64,000 nucleotides of DNA, taken from NCBI GenBank assembly GCA_038867695.1, contig JAWBXT010000001.1:169-64168 (forward strand). Direction: 5' to 3'. The first letter of the stretch is position 1. The number at the start of each line of letters is the position of its first letter. The stretch comes from Thermoproteota archaeon. Its GTDB lineage: Archaea > Thermoproteota > EX4484-205 > JAAOZP01. A program made the position numbers and the translations under genes. The notes below the pieces were generated by a model. The model saw only the letters and a program-made list of their open reading frames with translations, had not been told where the DNA came from and did no database searches. Below are positions 19,251-29,162 of this stretch, piece by piece.

Positions 19251-21005
19251 CAATAGGAATGTTAATAGTATTGTGGAAATAATTAAAATATAAATCAATT
19301 TTTCACAGAATTCCACAAAATTCTCAATTATTTTAAAAATCCCTCCCGTAACCTTAACACCATTTACCTTTCCGACCCAAGCTTTTGCCGAGTATGACGA
19401 AAGACTTCCAATTGCATTGTTAATAGATTTTACACAATATTCTAGTAGAATCTCTCTCCTTGTTTTAAAACCAATTGGAAAATACCCTCTCTTAGCTTTT
19501 CTAATTCCCGTTAAAAGATGCGTATCAGTCGTAACGATTTCTAATGTCGATAGATTTAGCAAATTCTTAAGATTCTCGACAAGGTAATTACGTAAGCCAG
19601 CGACCATATTGTTTCCGTCGATTACCACAATAGCATGGTTTTCATCCTCGGCTTTAAAAACTAGGGTTGATATTCCTCCTGGCCCTATTTCTTCCTTTGG
19701 GAGTATGGCGGGACGAATCCTATCAAACCCGATTTTAAAACTTTTTGGAGATGATTTCTGTAAGCATTCTAACGCATTATTTAATAGTCTAGCGAACGTC
19801 TCTTCATCAGGATCCGATACTTTCCAGCTTGAGGGGTCAATCGAGTTATGTGCGTCAATAATTATCAATGGGATAAAACCATAGCGACTCACAACACTTG
19901 AAAATAGTGGAAACCATCTTGGAGGAAGATCTTCCATAGAATGTCCTGGGCAGGATAGTAAAACGATGCAGTAAGAGAATATACGAAGCAAGGTAACGCA
20001 ATATCCCTCAGCCTCCTTTTGAATTACGTTTGCACGATAATCTTCTAAGTACTTTGCAGAATTTAACGCCTCTATCATTTCTTTCTTAATTTTTTCAACT
20101 ACCCTCCAAGAAGAAAGATTAAAACTGTGATCTGATAAATTACGGAGTAAGAGCATTCTAAGACTACTGTCCTCAAGTTCATTAATTAAACGACTTGGTA
20201 ATGAACTGCTTCCGACCGTACCAAATGGCCCGAAATGGGCCGATAAGCCGAATATCGATAAGTTTGTTCCATCTTCAAGAGTAAAGAGAAGTAGCGATAA
20301 TTCTAGATTCTTCTCCTCACATATTTCCTCAAGAACGTTTTCAAATGGTTCAGAATTCTTGTTTAAATAATATTCTAAATAAGCTTGGAATATCTTTAAG
20401 GGACTTATTGGAGCATTTTTCTTCCATTTAATGCTTATAATAAACAGGAAAAGTATGCTAGTAGAGAAAGATATTACGAGTGGCAATATTATGTTGACCC
20501 ATTTTTTCATTGCTATTAAGCTTAATACGAGCCAACGAGAAGATTGTAAGAATAAGTGAAGTAGAGATATTACAAAAACAATATGAATACTTTTTCTTAA
20601 GAAGCCTAACATTACGAGTGTAGTGATGAAAGAGGATAATGCTATACCCAGTGAAGTCAAGAAGAATGCTGTAAAACAAGAGTTCTGATTAAGAGTAAGA
20701 GTAAAAATCCATCCTACGAAAAAAAGTAGTGCAAAAATAAATTCTTGGACGGATTGAAGCGCTAGGAGTCTTCGGAAAGTAAAAATCCTATCTCCTTGGA
20801 AAAAAATCTTGTGAACGAACATTGAGCATAAGAGAGGCGAAAATATCAATATTGATATCTGTGGGGCAGCTCTTAGAATGGGGCAAGAATATAATAGAAA
20901 TATTAAAATTATTGTTTCCAAAAACAGGTTTATAAATATTATTACACGTAGAGACGGAAATGAGAAGAGGAACTTAACATAACGAGATGCATCTCCGGAG
21001 GACAA
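19233..21005 (-). CDS. large polytopic membrane protein (N-terminal multi-TM region plus soluble domain), DUF2070-like
   Basis: About seven hydrophobic helices in the first 230 aa, then a soluble domain. The family assignment is from memory only. Confidence 0.45.
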   Translation of the reverse strand: MSSGDASRYVKFLFSFPSLRVIIFINLFLETIILIFLLYSCPILRAAPQISILIFSPLLCSMFVHKIFFQGDRIFTFRRLLALQSVQEFIFALLFFVGWIFTLTLNQNSCFTAFFLTSLGIALSSFITTLVMLGFLRKSIHIVFVISLLHLFLQSSRWLVLSLIAMKKWVNIILPLVISFSTSILFLFIISIKWKKNAPISPLKIFQAYLEYYLNKNSEPFENVLEEICEEKNLELSLLLFTLEDGTNLSIFGLSAHFGPFGTVGSSSLPSRLINELEDSSLRMLLLRNLSDHSFNLSSWRVVEKIKKEMIEALNSAKYLEDYRANVIQKEAEGYCVTLLRIFSYCIVLLSCPGHSMEDLPPRWFPLFSSVVSRYGFIPLIIIDAHNSIDPSSWKVSDPDEETFARLLNNALECLQKSSPKSFKIGFDRIRPAILPKEEIGPGGISTLVFKAEDENHAIVVIDGNNMVAGLRNYLVENLKNLLNLSTLEIVTTDTHLLTGIRKAKRGYFPIGFKTRREILLEYCVKSINNAIGSLSSYSAKAWVGKVNGVKVTGGIFKIIENFVEFCEKLIYILIISTILLTFLLLLSFF

Positions 21006-21009
21006 TCTT

Positions 21010-21195
21010 CTATATTCCTAAGACTAGCAATAATATGCTAAGTGCTATGAATATTGTTGAGAAAACAACTATAATTATAGGTTTTATCTGGAATCCCCTT
21101 CCTCTTTCTCCAAGAGTACTAAATAATCCTGCAGTTCCTGCGGGAAGGCGCGTAGACCTCCGGTCTCCCTTCTTTTTTGCGCGTTCTTCAGGCAT
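21010..21195 (-). CDS. small membrane protein (possible)
   Basis: 61-aa ORF with a basic N-terminus and one TM helix, ending 4 nt before the large membrane protein gene starts. Confidence 0.25.
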   Translation of the reverse strand: MPEERAKKKGDRRSTRLPAGTAGLFSTLGERGRGFQIKPIIIVVFSTIFIALSILLLVLGI

Positions 21196-21297
21196 TTATA
21201 CCCGTAATTATTTCATTCTTAGGGTAAATAAACCTTTATCTTAATCAGCTCAAGTTAAAAAAGATAAAAACTTACTACTATCTTGAATCCTAGGTAG

Positions 21298-22782
21298 TTG
21301 AGTCAGAACGAGACAATTATAAAGAGAAGGATATTGGCAGAGGCAACGCGCTTAGGGATGCTTCTAAACCCAGAGGCGCTTTCAATACTTGTCGAAAAAT
21401 ATGATGAGAAATCTATTCATACAGTTCTAAACAAACTGGCTGAAGAAGCTAAGAAAGAGGGGAGTACTATTGTTGTCTCAAAAGAAGCTGTAGAAAAAAT
21501 TATTAGCAAAAGTGAAAAAAGCGAGGTATCAATAGGGGTACATCATCATGTTTTAGCTAAGGATATTGAAGAAAGGATTGAGATTTTAAAATCCTATGAT
21601 GCTAAGAATGTCTCAGATGATCTTGAAGCTAGGAGACAATATTTCGTTAATAGGTATTCAAAGATCTCTTCAATACTAAGAAGCAGAGCAGATATGGTTC
21701 CTTATTACTCGTTAAGAAAAGCACGTAGCCTTCCAGACCGCTCAGAGGGGAAGACCATAGTTATGGTATACGAAAAACGTGAGAATTATCTTATAGTTGA
21801 GGATATGGATTTCACTACTAAGGTAATGATTCCTAAGGATTGTGGTAGGGATTTAAGAGATAAGATCGGTAGGCTTTTACCCGATTCAGTGGTTGGAATA
21901 TCCTTCTACGTCTCTAACTCTAGGCTTTTCTGCAAGTCTTTGATTTTTCCAGATGTACCGATAAAGAGGTTTAAGTCCACCGAGGAAGACGTATCAGTCC
22001 TCCTAACCTCAGACATCCATTATGGGAGCCAAAAGTTCTCTGAAAAAGCCTTCATGAGAATGGTCAAATGGCTGAGGGAAGGAGGGCCTACTGAGAGGGA
22101 AAAGGAGCTATCTTCTAAGATCAAGTATGTGATTATAGCAGGAGACCTTGTAGACGGTGTTGGAATTTACCCTCAGCAAGAAAAAGAGTTGAAGGTAAGG
22201 GATGTGGATAAACAGTATACGGGGCTTTCAAGCCTTCTGAGCCAAATACCAGAATACGTCAGAATTATAGTGATACCTGGAAATCATGATGCAGCTCCAC
22301 GGGCTATTCCCCAGCCTCCCATATTCCACGAGTACGCTGAAAGGTTTAAGGATAGTGGAAACATTATCTCGCTTAGCAATCCTTGCGTAGTCTCGTTACA
22401 TGGTGTTAAGTTCCTAGTCTACCACGGCACAAGTATAGAGGATATTGCAACCTTCGCTAAAAATGCTAGTTATGACAGGCCTGAGAACGCTATGGAGATC
22501 ATGCTTCAACTTAGACATTTAGCACCAGTATACGGATCTCGAACCCCTCTATTGGCACATTATCAAGACGAACTTGTCATAGATGAGGTCCCCGATGTAT
22601 TACACACTGGCCACGTACACGTTTTCAGGAATGGGATTTATAGGGAGATCAGGCTTGTTAATAGTGGAACATGGCAAGAAAGAACAAAGTATCAGGAACA
22701 GCTTGGAATATTGCCCACTCCGAATATTGCTGCAGTACTCATGCTTAAGAACGGCTCTGTTTCTCCGATAAAATTTGCTTAA
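21298..22782 (+). CDS. DNA polymerase D small subunit DP1 (calcineurin-like phosphoesterase)
   Basis: PDE motifs DIHYGS, IIAGDLVDGVGIYP, IPGNHDAAPRAIPQP, RHLAP and HTGHVHV match archaeal DP1, with an N-terminal OB region. Confidence 0.8.
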   Translation: MSQNETIIKRRILAEATRLGMLLNPEALSILVEKYDEKSIHTVLNKLAEEAKKEGSTIVVSKEAVEKIISKSEKSEVSIGVHHHVLAKDIEERIEILKSYDAKNVSDDLEARRQYFVNRYSKISSILRSRADMVPYYSLRKARSLPDRSEGKTIVMVYEKRENYLIVEDMDFTTKVMIPKDCGRDLRDKIGRLLPDSVVGISFYVSNSRLFCKSLIFPDVPIKRFKSTEEDVSVLLTSDIHYGSQKFSEKAFMRMVKWLREGGPTEREKELSSKIKYVIIAGDLVDGVGIYPQQEKELKVRDVDKQYTGLSSLLSQIPEYVRIIVIPGNHDAAPRAIPQPPIFHEYAERFKDSGNIISLSNPCVVSLHGVKFLVYHGTSIEDIATFAKNASYDRPENAMEIMLQLRHLAPVYGSRTPLLAHYQDELVIDEVPDVLHTGHVHVFRNGIYREIRLVNSGTWQERTKYQEQLGILPTPNIAAVLMLKNGSVSPIKFA

Positions 22783-22784
22783 AC

Positions 22785-23516
22785 CTATTCTACTCCCATG
22801 ATCTTAAGGTATAGAAGAGTTGAGGTAAGCAGTACTGAAACGAGGCAGAGAAGATAGTCCCCTCTTTTAAACTTTAAAAGCTTGTAGCTTGTTCTCTTAG
22901 GTAGAGCCCCAAAAGCCCTAACCTCCATTGCGTCAGCAATTTCGTAAGTTCTCCTTATGGTTCCGACGAGAAGAGGTATGAGTATCGGCATAAGGTTTCT
23001 TATTCTCGTCCTGAATCCACCTTTCTCAAGCTCCAGCCCACGTGAACGCTGAGCGTCGTATATTGATTGAAACTCATCGTAGATAACAGGTATGAATCGA
23101 ATAGCCATTACGAAAGAGAATGTTAATTCCAAGGGGACCTTTGCTGCACTCATGGCTCTTCCAATATCCTCTGGTGTTGACGATAAGAAAAACCAAGACA
23201 TTGATGATGATAATACTATAAGTCTTATTGAAAGCACAAATCCTGTGAAGAGTGTTCCACCGAAGAATATTTGAGTAATAAATATTATTGCAAAGAAGAA
23301 CACGAGCCCTCTTAATGAGTAGACCCATTCCTTGAGAGCCTTAGCTAACCAAAGCAAAACTATTTGTAACATTAGGATCGCGGTAAGTACGCGTATATCG
23401 AGAAAAACTACTGAAAACAACATTAATACTATTGATAGTATAAATTTAGATCGGGGATCCAGTCTGTGGATTGAAGAATCCTTCCTCTTGTATTTGAACG
23501 CTTTTAAGAACGACAC
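22785..23516 (-). CDS. ECF transporter transmembrane (T) component, CbiQ-like
   Basis: Five to six TM helices with an EcfT-like R-rich cytoplasmic loop, adjacent to two EcfA ATPases. Confidence 0.75.
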   Translation of the reverse strand: MSFLKAFKYKRKDSSIHRLDPRSKFILSIVLMLFSVVFLDIRVLTAILMLQIVLLWLAKALKEWVYSLRGLVFFFAIIFITQIFFGGTLFTGFVLSIRLIVLSSSMSWFFLSSTPEDIGRAMSAAKVPLELTFSFVMAIRFIPVIYDEFQSIYDAQRSRGLELEKGGFRTRIRNLMPILIPLLVGTIRRTYEIADAMEVRAFGALPKRTSYKLLKFKRGDYLLCLVSVLLTSTLLYLKIMGVE

Positions 23517-24340
23517 TTATGAAACACCTTTATCAGAAAATTGCTTATCTCGTTGAAGTCTTCTTCGACAATTGGAAGACCAAGCTCTTCTTCAAGCTCA
23601 ATTAAGAAAGGTTTTCTTAAAGACGCTCTCTCTATCACATCTTGATTCGAAAGAAGCTCGCGTAGACAGCCGTCTCCAATTACTTCACCCCTGCTTAAAA
23701 CTACTGCTCTTTTGCACAGGTTTGCAACAAAATCAACATCATGAGTGATAATTATGATGCTTCTACCCTCGGAAACTAAACTTCTGAGAACTTTTTGAAT
23801 ATTCATCCTTTGAGCATAATCCATACCTATCGTTGGCTCATCCAGTATCAACAGCTCTGGATGCCAAACCATTATAGATGCGATTGCTAACCTTTTCTTC
23901 TCTCCACCACTTAGTTGAAAAGGACTTCTACCCCTATACTCTTCTAATCCGAATGTTTTAAGGACTTCATTGACATTTCTCTCGGTTTCATCCTCAGAAA
24001 AACCGAAGTTCCTTAGGCCGAACTTAATCTCCTCTTCAACACTCTCTGCAAAAAACTGATGATCGGGGTTATGACAAACAAAACCTATTTTCCTAGCTAT
24101 TTTAGCAACCGAGAGGTTTCTAGTATCTACACCGTCGATTTTAACGTTTCCCTGAGTTGGCTTAAGTAGACCATTGATGTTTTTAGCAAGCGTGGTTTTG
24201 CCCGCACCGTTTTCACCCAGTATGGCTATGCTCTCTCCCTCTTTAATACTGAGATTAATATTTTTCAGAGCATAGTTTTCAGCATCTGGATACTTAAAGA
24301 AAAGATTCTCGACAACTATTTCGACCAACTCTTTTTTCAC
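23504..24340 (-). CDS. ECF transporter ATPase component A
   Basis: Walker A GENGAGKTT, LSGGEKKR signature, Walker B ILDEPT. The ORF extends to 24403 but must start downstream of the upstream gene's stop at 24337. Confidence 0.85.
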   Translation of the reverse strand: MKKELVEIVVENLFFKYPDAENYALKNINLSIKEGESIAILGENGAGKTTLAKNINGLLKPTQGNVKIDGVDTRNLSVAKIARKIGFVCHNPDHQFFAESVEEEIKFGLRNFGFSEDETERNVNEVLKTFGLEEYRGRSPFQLSGGEKKRLAIASIMVWHPELLILDEPTIGMDYAQRMNIQKVLRSLVSEGRSIIIITHDVDFVANLCKRAVVLSRGEVIGDGCLRELLSNQDVIERASLRKPFLIELEEELGLPIVEEDFNEISNFLIKVFHKCRS

Positions 24341-25236
24341 CCGTCTTTTCTTAAATAAGAGAAGAGCTCCTTGATATTGTTTGGAGGCTTTTCTAAACCA
24401 CATCTTTCCTTGATCCTGAAATATACATGGAGAAGAGGTGGAATGTTTATCGGAATTCCTCTTTTAAAGCTCTCACTGAGGACTACTAGGGGGTCGCCAT
24501 CGAGAACTATTCTACCATCTGACACTACGATCATTCTTGAAATGTAATTAAGAAGTAGGTTAATCCTATGCTCTATAATTATTAGTGTTATTTTCCTCCC
24601 TTTTTCCTCAAGACTTCTCTTAAGCCTGAAAATGCTTTGAATTAGGTTGATTGAAGAAGAAGGATCCAGCATAGAAGTAGGCTCGTCAAAAATTATCAGA
24701 GAGGGACGCATGGAAAGTATAGATGCGATGGCTGTCTTCTGTTGTTCTCCACCCGAGAGATTGTTTGGAGAAAGATACCTAAGATGCTCTATTCCAACAA
24801 GCCTGAGTGATTCATCAACTCTATTGTGTATCTCGTCTGGAGGGAGAGCAAGGTTTTCAGGTCCGAATGCGACATCATCCTCTACACTGAATGTAAACAG
24901 TTGATTTTCAGGATTCTGAAAGACTATTCCACAGCCTGTTGCAATTTTACTCACAGGATTCTCCCATATGTTCATACCCAGGACATAAGCCTCGCCGCTG
25001 AATTCTCCTCCATAACTATGCGGTATTAGGCCCATAATTATTCTGGCTATTGTAGACTTCCCGCAACCTGATGGCCCCGTTATAAGTACACTCTCTCCCT
25101 CTTCAATTTTAAGGTTGATATTAGATAACACGTTCCTCTCAGAACCAGCATATCGGAAGCTTACGTTTCTCAGGTCAACTACGTTCATTATCAGTTTTGA
25201 CCCAAGATTAAGGAATGGTTTAAAAAGTCTTTGCAC
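24337..25236 (-). CDS. ECF transporter ATPase component A'
   Basis: Walker A GPSGCGKST, LSGGEQQK signature, Walker B IIFDEPT. Confidence 0.85.
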   Translation of the reverse strand: MQRLFKPFLNLGSKLIMNVVDLRNVSFRYAGSERNVLSNINLKIEEGESVLITGPSGCGKSTIARIIMGLIPHSYGGEFSGEAYVLGMNIWENPVSKIATGCGIVFQNPENQLFTFSVEDDVAFGPENLALPPDEIHNRVDESLRLVGIEHLRYLSPNNLSGGEQQKTAIASILSMRPSLIIFDEPTSMLDPSSSINLIQSIFRLKRSLEEKGRKITLIIIEHRINLLLNYISRMIVVSDGRIVLDGDPLVVLSESFKRGIPINIPPLLHVYFRIKERCGLEKPPNNIKELFSYLRKDG

Positions 25237-25249
25237 CTCATTTAGTTTT

Positions 25250-25615
25250 TCAAGCAGAGAGACTGCCTCTGCCCGATGAAAGAGCGGTTTTCAACTCGTT
25301 TTCAAGTTCGTTAACCCTTTCCCTAATTTTGCTCTCCTGTCTTTCGATTGCACTTAACCTGACTTTAACAAGTTCCTTTTGCTCGTTCAGTTCATTTATC
25401 AAATCTGTTTTACTTTTCCTAATTAGAATCCTACCCGTTATTCTGTATACCGGCGTGTTTTCATCAATAGAAGATAATTCTTGTAGGGCGGATTCTAATT
25501 CTCTAGCCTCCAGCTTAGCCTGCTCCTTCTGAATGAATAAGGATTCTAGGGTTTGCTGAAGCTGTTGAAGCCTGGAGAGCTTCTCCTGTAATTGAAGAGG
25601 CAGTTCCTGCGACAT
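25250..25615 (-). CDS. pfdB: prefoldin subunit beta
   Basis: 121-aa coiled-coil, beta hairpin, coiled-coil arrangement with Q-rich heptads, in the exosome superoperon. Confidence 0.75.
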   Translation of the reverse strand: MSQELPLQLQEKLSRLQQLQQTLESLFIQKEQAKLEARELESALQELSSIDENTPVYRITGRILIRKSKTDLINELNEQKELVKVRLSAIERQESKIRERVNELENELKTALSSGRGSLSA

Positions 25616-25674
25616 TGACTTCCACCTTATTTACTGGAAGGTACTTAAAAATATATGTTTAAGGCGTAAAGCCT

Positions 25675-25917
25675 CTAAACGGCTTCTAGGAGGAGAGCGA
25701 CTTGTTCTGCCATGTTAATTAGACCTAAGATATTCCTGAGTTTTTCAGCTACTTTAGAGGGTTTATTACCCCTAAGGAGCAACAATAGCTTATTGTTGAG
25801 AGTCTTTACACGCATCCCGATTCTTGACTCCTCAATCACTTCTTGCAAACAAGCCTTATAAATTATAGCAGGCATATACTCATCATCATATTTAAGAACT
25901 AGTTTAACCCTTATCAT
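25675..25917 (-). CDS. small conserved archaeal protein, possibly KEOPS subunit Pcc1
   Basis: 80 aa with no Cys, so not RpoP. The C-terminal pattern KPSKVAEKLRNILGLINMAEQV resembles Pcc1. Its position after L37ae matches the archaeal superoperon. Confidence 0.35.
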   Translation of the reverse strand: MIRVKLVLKYDDEYMPAIIYKACLQEVIEESRIGMRVKTLNNKLLLLLRGNKPSKVAEKLRNILGLINMAEQVALLLEAV

Positions 25918-26181
25918 CTAGATTTCGGCCTTAACGCCTGCAGCCCTAGCAGCAGCCTCGCCTATTTTAGTAAATGGTTCGTATGCTCCTCCGGCAAAGG
26001 TATAATCGCATTTTCTGCAGCTCCAAATACCTACGCTAAGCCTTTTTAGGACACCGGTCCCGCATCTAGGACAGTTATAAACAGCACGCCTTTTCTTTAA
26101 AACCTGCATATATCTCTCTCTTAATGAGAAGCCGTACTTTACACCTAGGGCTCCGGATATTTTCTTCCTAGTCATTTCCAC
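25918..26181 (-). CDS. rpl37ae: 50S ribosomal protein L37Ae
   Basis: Zn-ribbon CPRCG...CRKC in an 87-aa protein. Confidence 0.85.
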   Translation of the reverse strand: MEMTRKKISGALGVKYGFSLRERYMQVLKKRRAVYNCPRCGTGVLKRLSVGIWSCRKCDYTFAGGAYEPFTKIGEAAARAAGVKAEI

Positions 26182-26992
26182 TGAGCTGGCTATATGCGAC
26201 TCTTCTTAACTCTTTCCCCAGAGTTATTGACCTCTCTAAAAGCTCCAAAAAGCTTCTTGGCGGAATCATACCTCCTCCGTTTTTCTGTATCGCACAGAAC
26301 CTGTCGTCGGACTTAACCGTCATGGAGATAGTAAAGTCTGAAGCATATTCCTCGTTCAGACATGGATCTACAACGTACTTGTCTCCAAAGAAAGCGTATG
26401 TTATCGAGACGGGGTGGTCCTTAAGCTCAAGCTTGAAGTATTCGTCTAGTTTCTTAACATTCTGTCCTTCAACACTATATTTTGGAAGCATCGTGGTGCC
26501 AAGAGCATTTACACTCGCTATAACCGAAGCATCTATCAAGTTACCATCATAATCAAGGATGTAGAGGTCTATGTATAGAGAATAAACAGACCTACCGGGA
26601 ATTATACAGAGTGAAGAGAGATCTATCGTTTTAGACTCTCTGATACTTCTATCAACATATCGAGCTAGAGATATTGATTCCTCCGATGGGGGCCCTGGTT
26701 CGAAGACTGGTGAAGCTAAGGGAACTAGCTCAGCGTTCACGATCAGAATACCCTCATTCGGAGTATCTGCAAAGGGTAATGCTACGCCTACTTTAACAGC
26801 AGCCAGAATCTTAGTGTTGCCAAGTTCTACGAATGCGGAGCCTTCTGCTTTCTCGATATAACCTAGCCGTATATTTATATTCCTGTATTGAAGAAGGTTT
26901 CTTCCATCGACCCTCTTATTCTCAGCTAATAGTTTATAAAGCTCCTGTTTCTCAAGCTTTGAGAGAAGGGGTCTCTGCTCAGTTATGGACAT
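26168..26992 (-). CDS. rrp42: exosome complex component Rrp42 (RNase PH-like)
   Basis: RNase PH fold downstream of Rrp41. Confidence 0.8.
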   Translation of the reverse strand: MSITEQRPLLSKLEKQELYKLLAENKRVDGRNLLQYRNINIRLGYIEKAEGSAFVELGNTKILAAVKVGVALPFADTPNEGILIVNAELVPLASPVFEPGPPSEESISLARYVDRSIRESKTIDLSSLCIIPGRSVYSLYIDLYILDYDGNLIDASVIASVNALGTTMLPKYSVEGQNVKKLDEYFKLELKDHPVSITYAFFGDKYVVDPCLNEEYASDFTISMTVKSDDRFCAIQKNGGGMIPPRSFLELLERSITLGKELRRVAYSQLSGND

Positions 26993-27720
26993 TAAACTTC
27001 CCTCCGCGAAATCGAAAACCTCTCTTTTAATGCGTCAACTTGCATCTTGTGAATCTTCTGCGTAGCAGTTATAGCTAGAGATAGCGCTTGCTCAATTTCT
27101 TCTTTCGACATTATTCCATCCATTTGGAGCAATGTAATCCTATCGAGAGTCGGGTTGTAAGCAATAGGCATATCTGCCTCACCATACTTGTCTTCAAGAT
27201 CATTAAGGTCTACTATTACTTTTCCGTCAGCTTTTCCAACCGCACAGGCCGCAGTTAATCCCCTTAATGGTATACCAGCATCTGCAAGAGCTAAGACTGC
27301 TGCTGTTAAACCGGCGCAACGAGTACCTCCGTCGGCTTGTAAAACCTCTATGAAAATATCTATTACGGTTCTTGGGAATAGAGAAGTCATAACAAGCGGT
27401 TCAAGAGAATTTCTAATGATCATTGAAAGCTCTATTTCCCTTCTGCTTGGTGCAGGGCTCTTTCTCTCCGATGTTGAGAAAGGCGCCATATGATACCTGC
27501 ATCTAAGAATACATCTGTCCGGTAACGAGATATGCTTAGGAAGAGCTTCCTTTGGGCCGTATACTGCTGCTAATATCTTATTTTTGCCCTGCTCAATATA
27601 AGCTGAGCCTTGGGCATTGGATAATACGCCAACCCTAATCTTAATCGGCCTAAGCTCGTCCAGAGCCCTATCGTCTATTCTCCTCCCATTCTCTTTAAAC
27701 AGACTTATTTTCTCCCCCAT
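26992..27720 (-). CDS. rrp41: exosome complex exonuclease Rrp41 (RNase PH)
   Basis: RNase PH domain with phosphate-binding residues (GTR, ADGG regions). Confidence 0.85.
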   Translation of the reverse strand: MGEKISLFKENGRRIDDRALDELRPIKIRVGVLSNAQGSAYIEQGKNKILAAVYGPKEALPKHISLPDRCILRCRYHMAPFSTSERKSPAPSRREIELSMIIRNSLEPLVMTSLFPRTVIDIFIEVLQADGGTRCAGLTAAVLALADAGIPLRGLTAACAVGKADGKVIVDLNDLEDKYGEADMPIAYNPTLDRITLLQMDGIMSKEEIEQALSLAITATQKIHKMQVDALKERFSISRREV

Positions 27721-27724
27721 ATCT

Positions 27725-28423
27725 CTACGACTTCCTTCCTACGAGTAATGCTTCAACCCTCTCGGTTAACCCATATATATGTGATTCCCTTTCCACCATA
27801 TCTATCACACTTCTAATCTTTACAATAATGTTGCTATCCTCAGAGTGCACTATTATACGGCCATTCTGGCCTACTGTAAGCTTAACCCCAGTTGCCCGCT
27901 CTATGACAGATAGCATAGATCCTTTCTTACCTATTAGACGCGGGACTTTAGACGCGGTTATGTTCAGAAGAGCCCCGCTTGAAACTACTCCAAGCCCCTT
28001 ACCCTTCATCGTTATTACCGGAGATGAGAATATTGACGCATCCTTTACAATCCCGGTTATAACCACCCCGTTCTCCAGGATTCTACCGATGTTATCTCTT
28101 GATAATCGGATCCTTTTCTCAGGGTATTCTGAGATGGGTAGAAAAGCTAGGAATGGGGAGTTTATATCTACGGTCCAGCCTGCTATATTAGGCTCTTTAA
28201 CAATCCCAATTACAAGATCTCCCACTCTGGGCTGATAGAAAGATTTCAACGAGATAACATCCAAGCGTTTCCCGTCCGCCCTGACTATTCCGACTGTTGT
28301 TGCGAAAATCCTGTCTGAGATTTTTAGCGTATTCGTACCCGGAATATAGAACCTACCTTCCCCTACCAGTTCACCCGGAACAACTATGGGCCTCTGCCTC
28401 TGCTGCTCATTGCCTTGAGACAA
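27725..28423 (-). CDS. rrp4: exosome RNA-binding subunit Rrp4 (S1 + KH domains)
   Basis: S1-like barrel followed by a KH motif IGKKGSML. No Zn-ribbon, so not Csl4. Confidence 0.8.
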   Translation of the reverse strand: MSQGNEQQRQRPIVVPGELVGEGRFYIPGTNTLKISDRIFATTVGIVRADGKRLDVISLKSFYQPRVGDLVIGIVKEPNIAGWTVDINSPFLAFLPISEYPEKRIRLSRDNIGRILENGVVITGIVKDASIFSSPVITMKGKGLGVVSSGALLNITASKVPRLIGKKGSMLSVIERATGVKLTVGQNGRIIVHSEDSNIIVKIRSVIDMVERESHIYGLTERVEALLVGRKS

Positions 28424-28465
28424 TTCTAAACCTCCTTAGCGTCCTCCAGTATGTTAAGCAGGTTA

Positions 28466-29155
28466 TCACGCCCCTATATCAACTTTTACTTTATCTCCGT
28501 ATTTCTCATTCAGCTTTTCAAGGAAGTACGACATTAAGACAGAAGGGATTCTAGCCGATATTTTCACACTCCTATCCTTCTGGGCTTTAGTATGGTCAAC
28601 CTCGCCGAAGGAGTTTAGGAAACCGTATACGTCAGTAGATTCTTCCTGTTGACACGTTAATGTTAAAGAAACTTCATTAACCTTAAACTGCAGGATTTGT
28701 CTCAGCGCCTTGATGACATTCTTGATCTGTTCCTCAGGAGGTTTAAAAGGGTCTATTGAGATACCGATTTGATTAAGGGCTTGCTCAATCCTAAGGGAGG
28801 GGATCGGGTTTCCCAGCGAGGGGTCGAGAAGAGTTTTTGAAAGCATTGCTATCGTTTGTTGTCTTTTGCTTTCAATCATTCTACGCCTTTGCTCGCTTGT
28901 AAGCTGGAGCTCTCCTTCCAGTAGTATTTTTTCAGCTATCTTAAAGACATCTGTTGTTCCAAAGAATTTTTTCAACTTCTCCGAAGAAACTCGGAGCCCC
29001 TTCTTAGAATCCGAGTAAACCTCATCTACTAAAAGGATTTTTCTTATGTCACCCTTGCCTGTAAGCTTAAAATTCAAGGCAGGATCTGGAGCAACAATTA
29101 TCTCAAATTTTTCACCCCGTATAGAAAGCCTGCTTACAGTAGATTGTTTACTCAA
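28466..29155 (-). CDS. ribosome maturation protein SDO1/SBDS
   Basis: SBDS N-terminal FYSH-like region at 229 aa, in its superoperon position. Confidence 0.7.
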   Translation of the reverse strand: MSKQSTVSRLSIRGEKFEIIVAPDPALNFKLTGKGDIRKILLVDEVYSDSKKGLRVSSEKLKKFFGTTDVFKIAEKILLEGELQLTSEQRRRMIESKRQQTIAMLSKTLLDPSLGNPIPSLRIEQALNQIGISIDPFKPPEEQIKNVIKALRQILQFKVNEVSLTLTCQQEESTDVYGFLNSFGEVDHTKAQKDRSVKISARIPSVLMSYFLEKLNEKYGDKVKVDIGA

Positions 29156-29162
29156 TTCTGAT

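Noticed and set aside
25675-25917. Calling the 80-aa superoperon ORF RNA polymerase subunit P
   Set aside because: RpoP is a four-Cys zinc ribbon of about 45 aa. This protein has a single Cys and is 80 aa, so the RpoP call was rejected in favour of a tentative Pcc1-like assignment.
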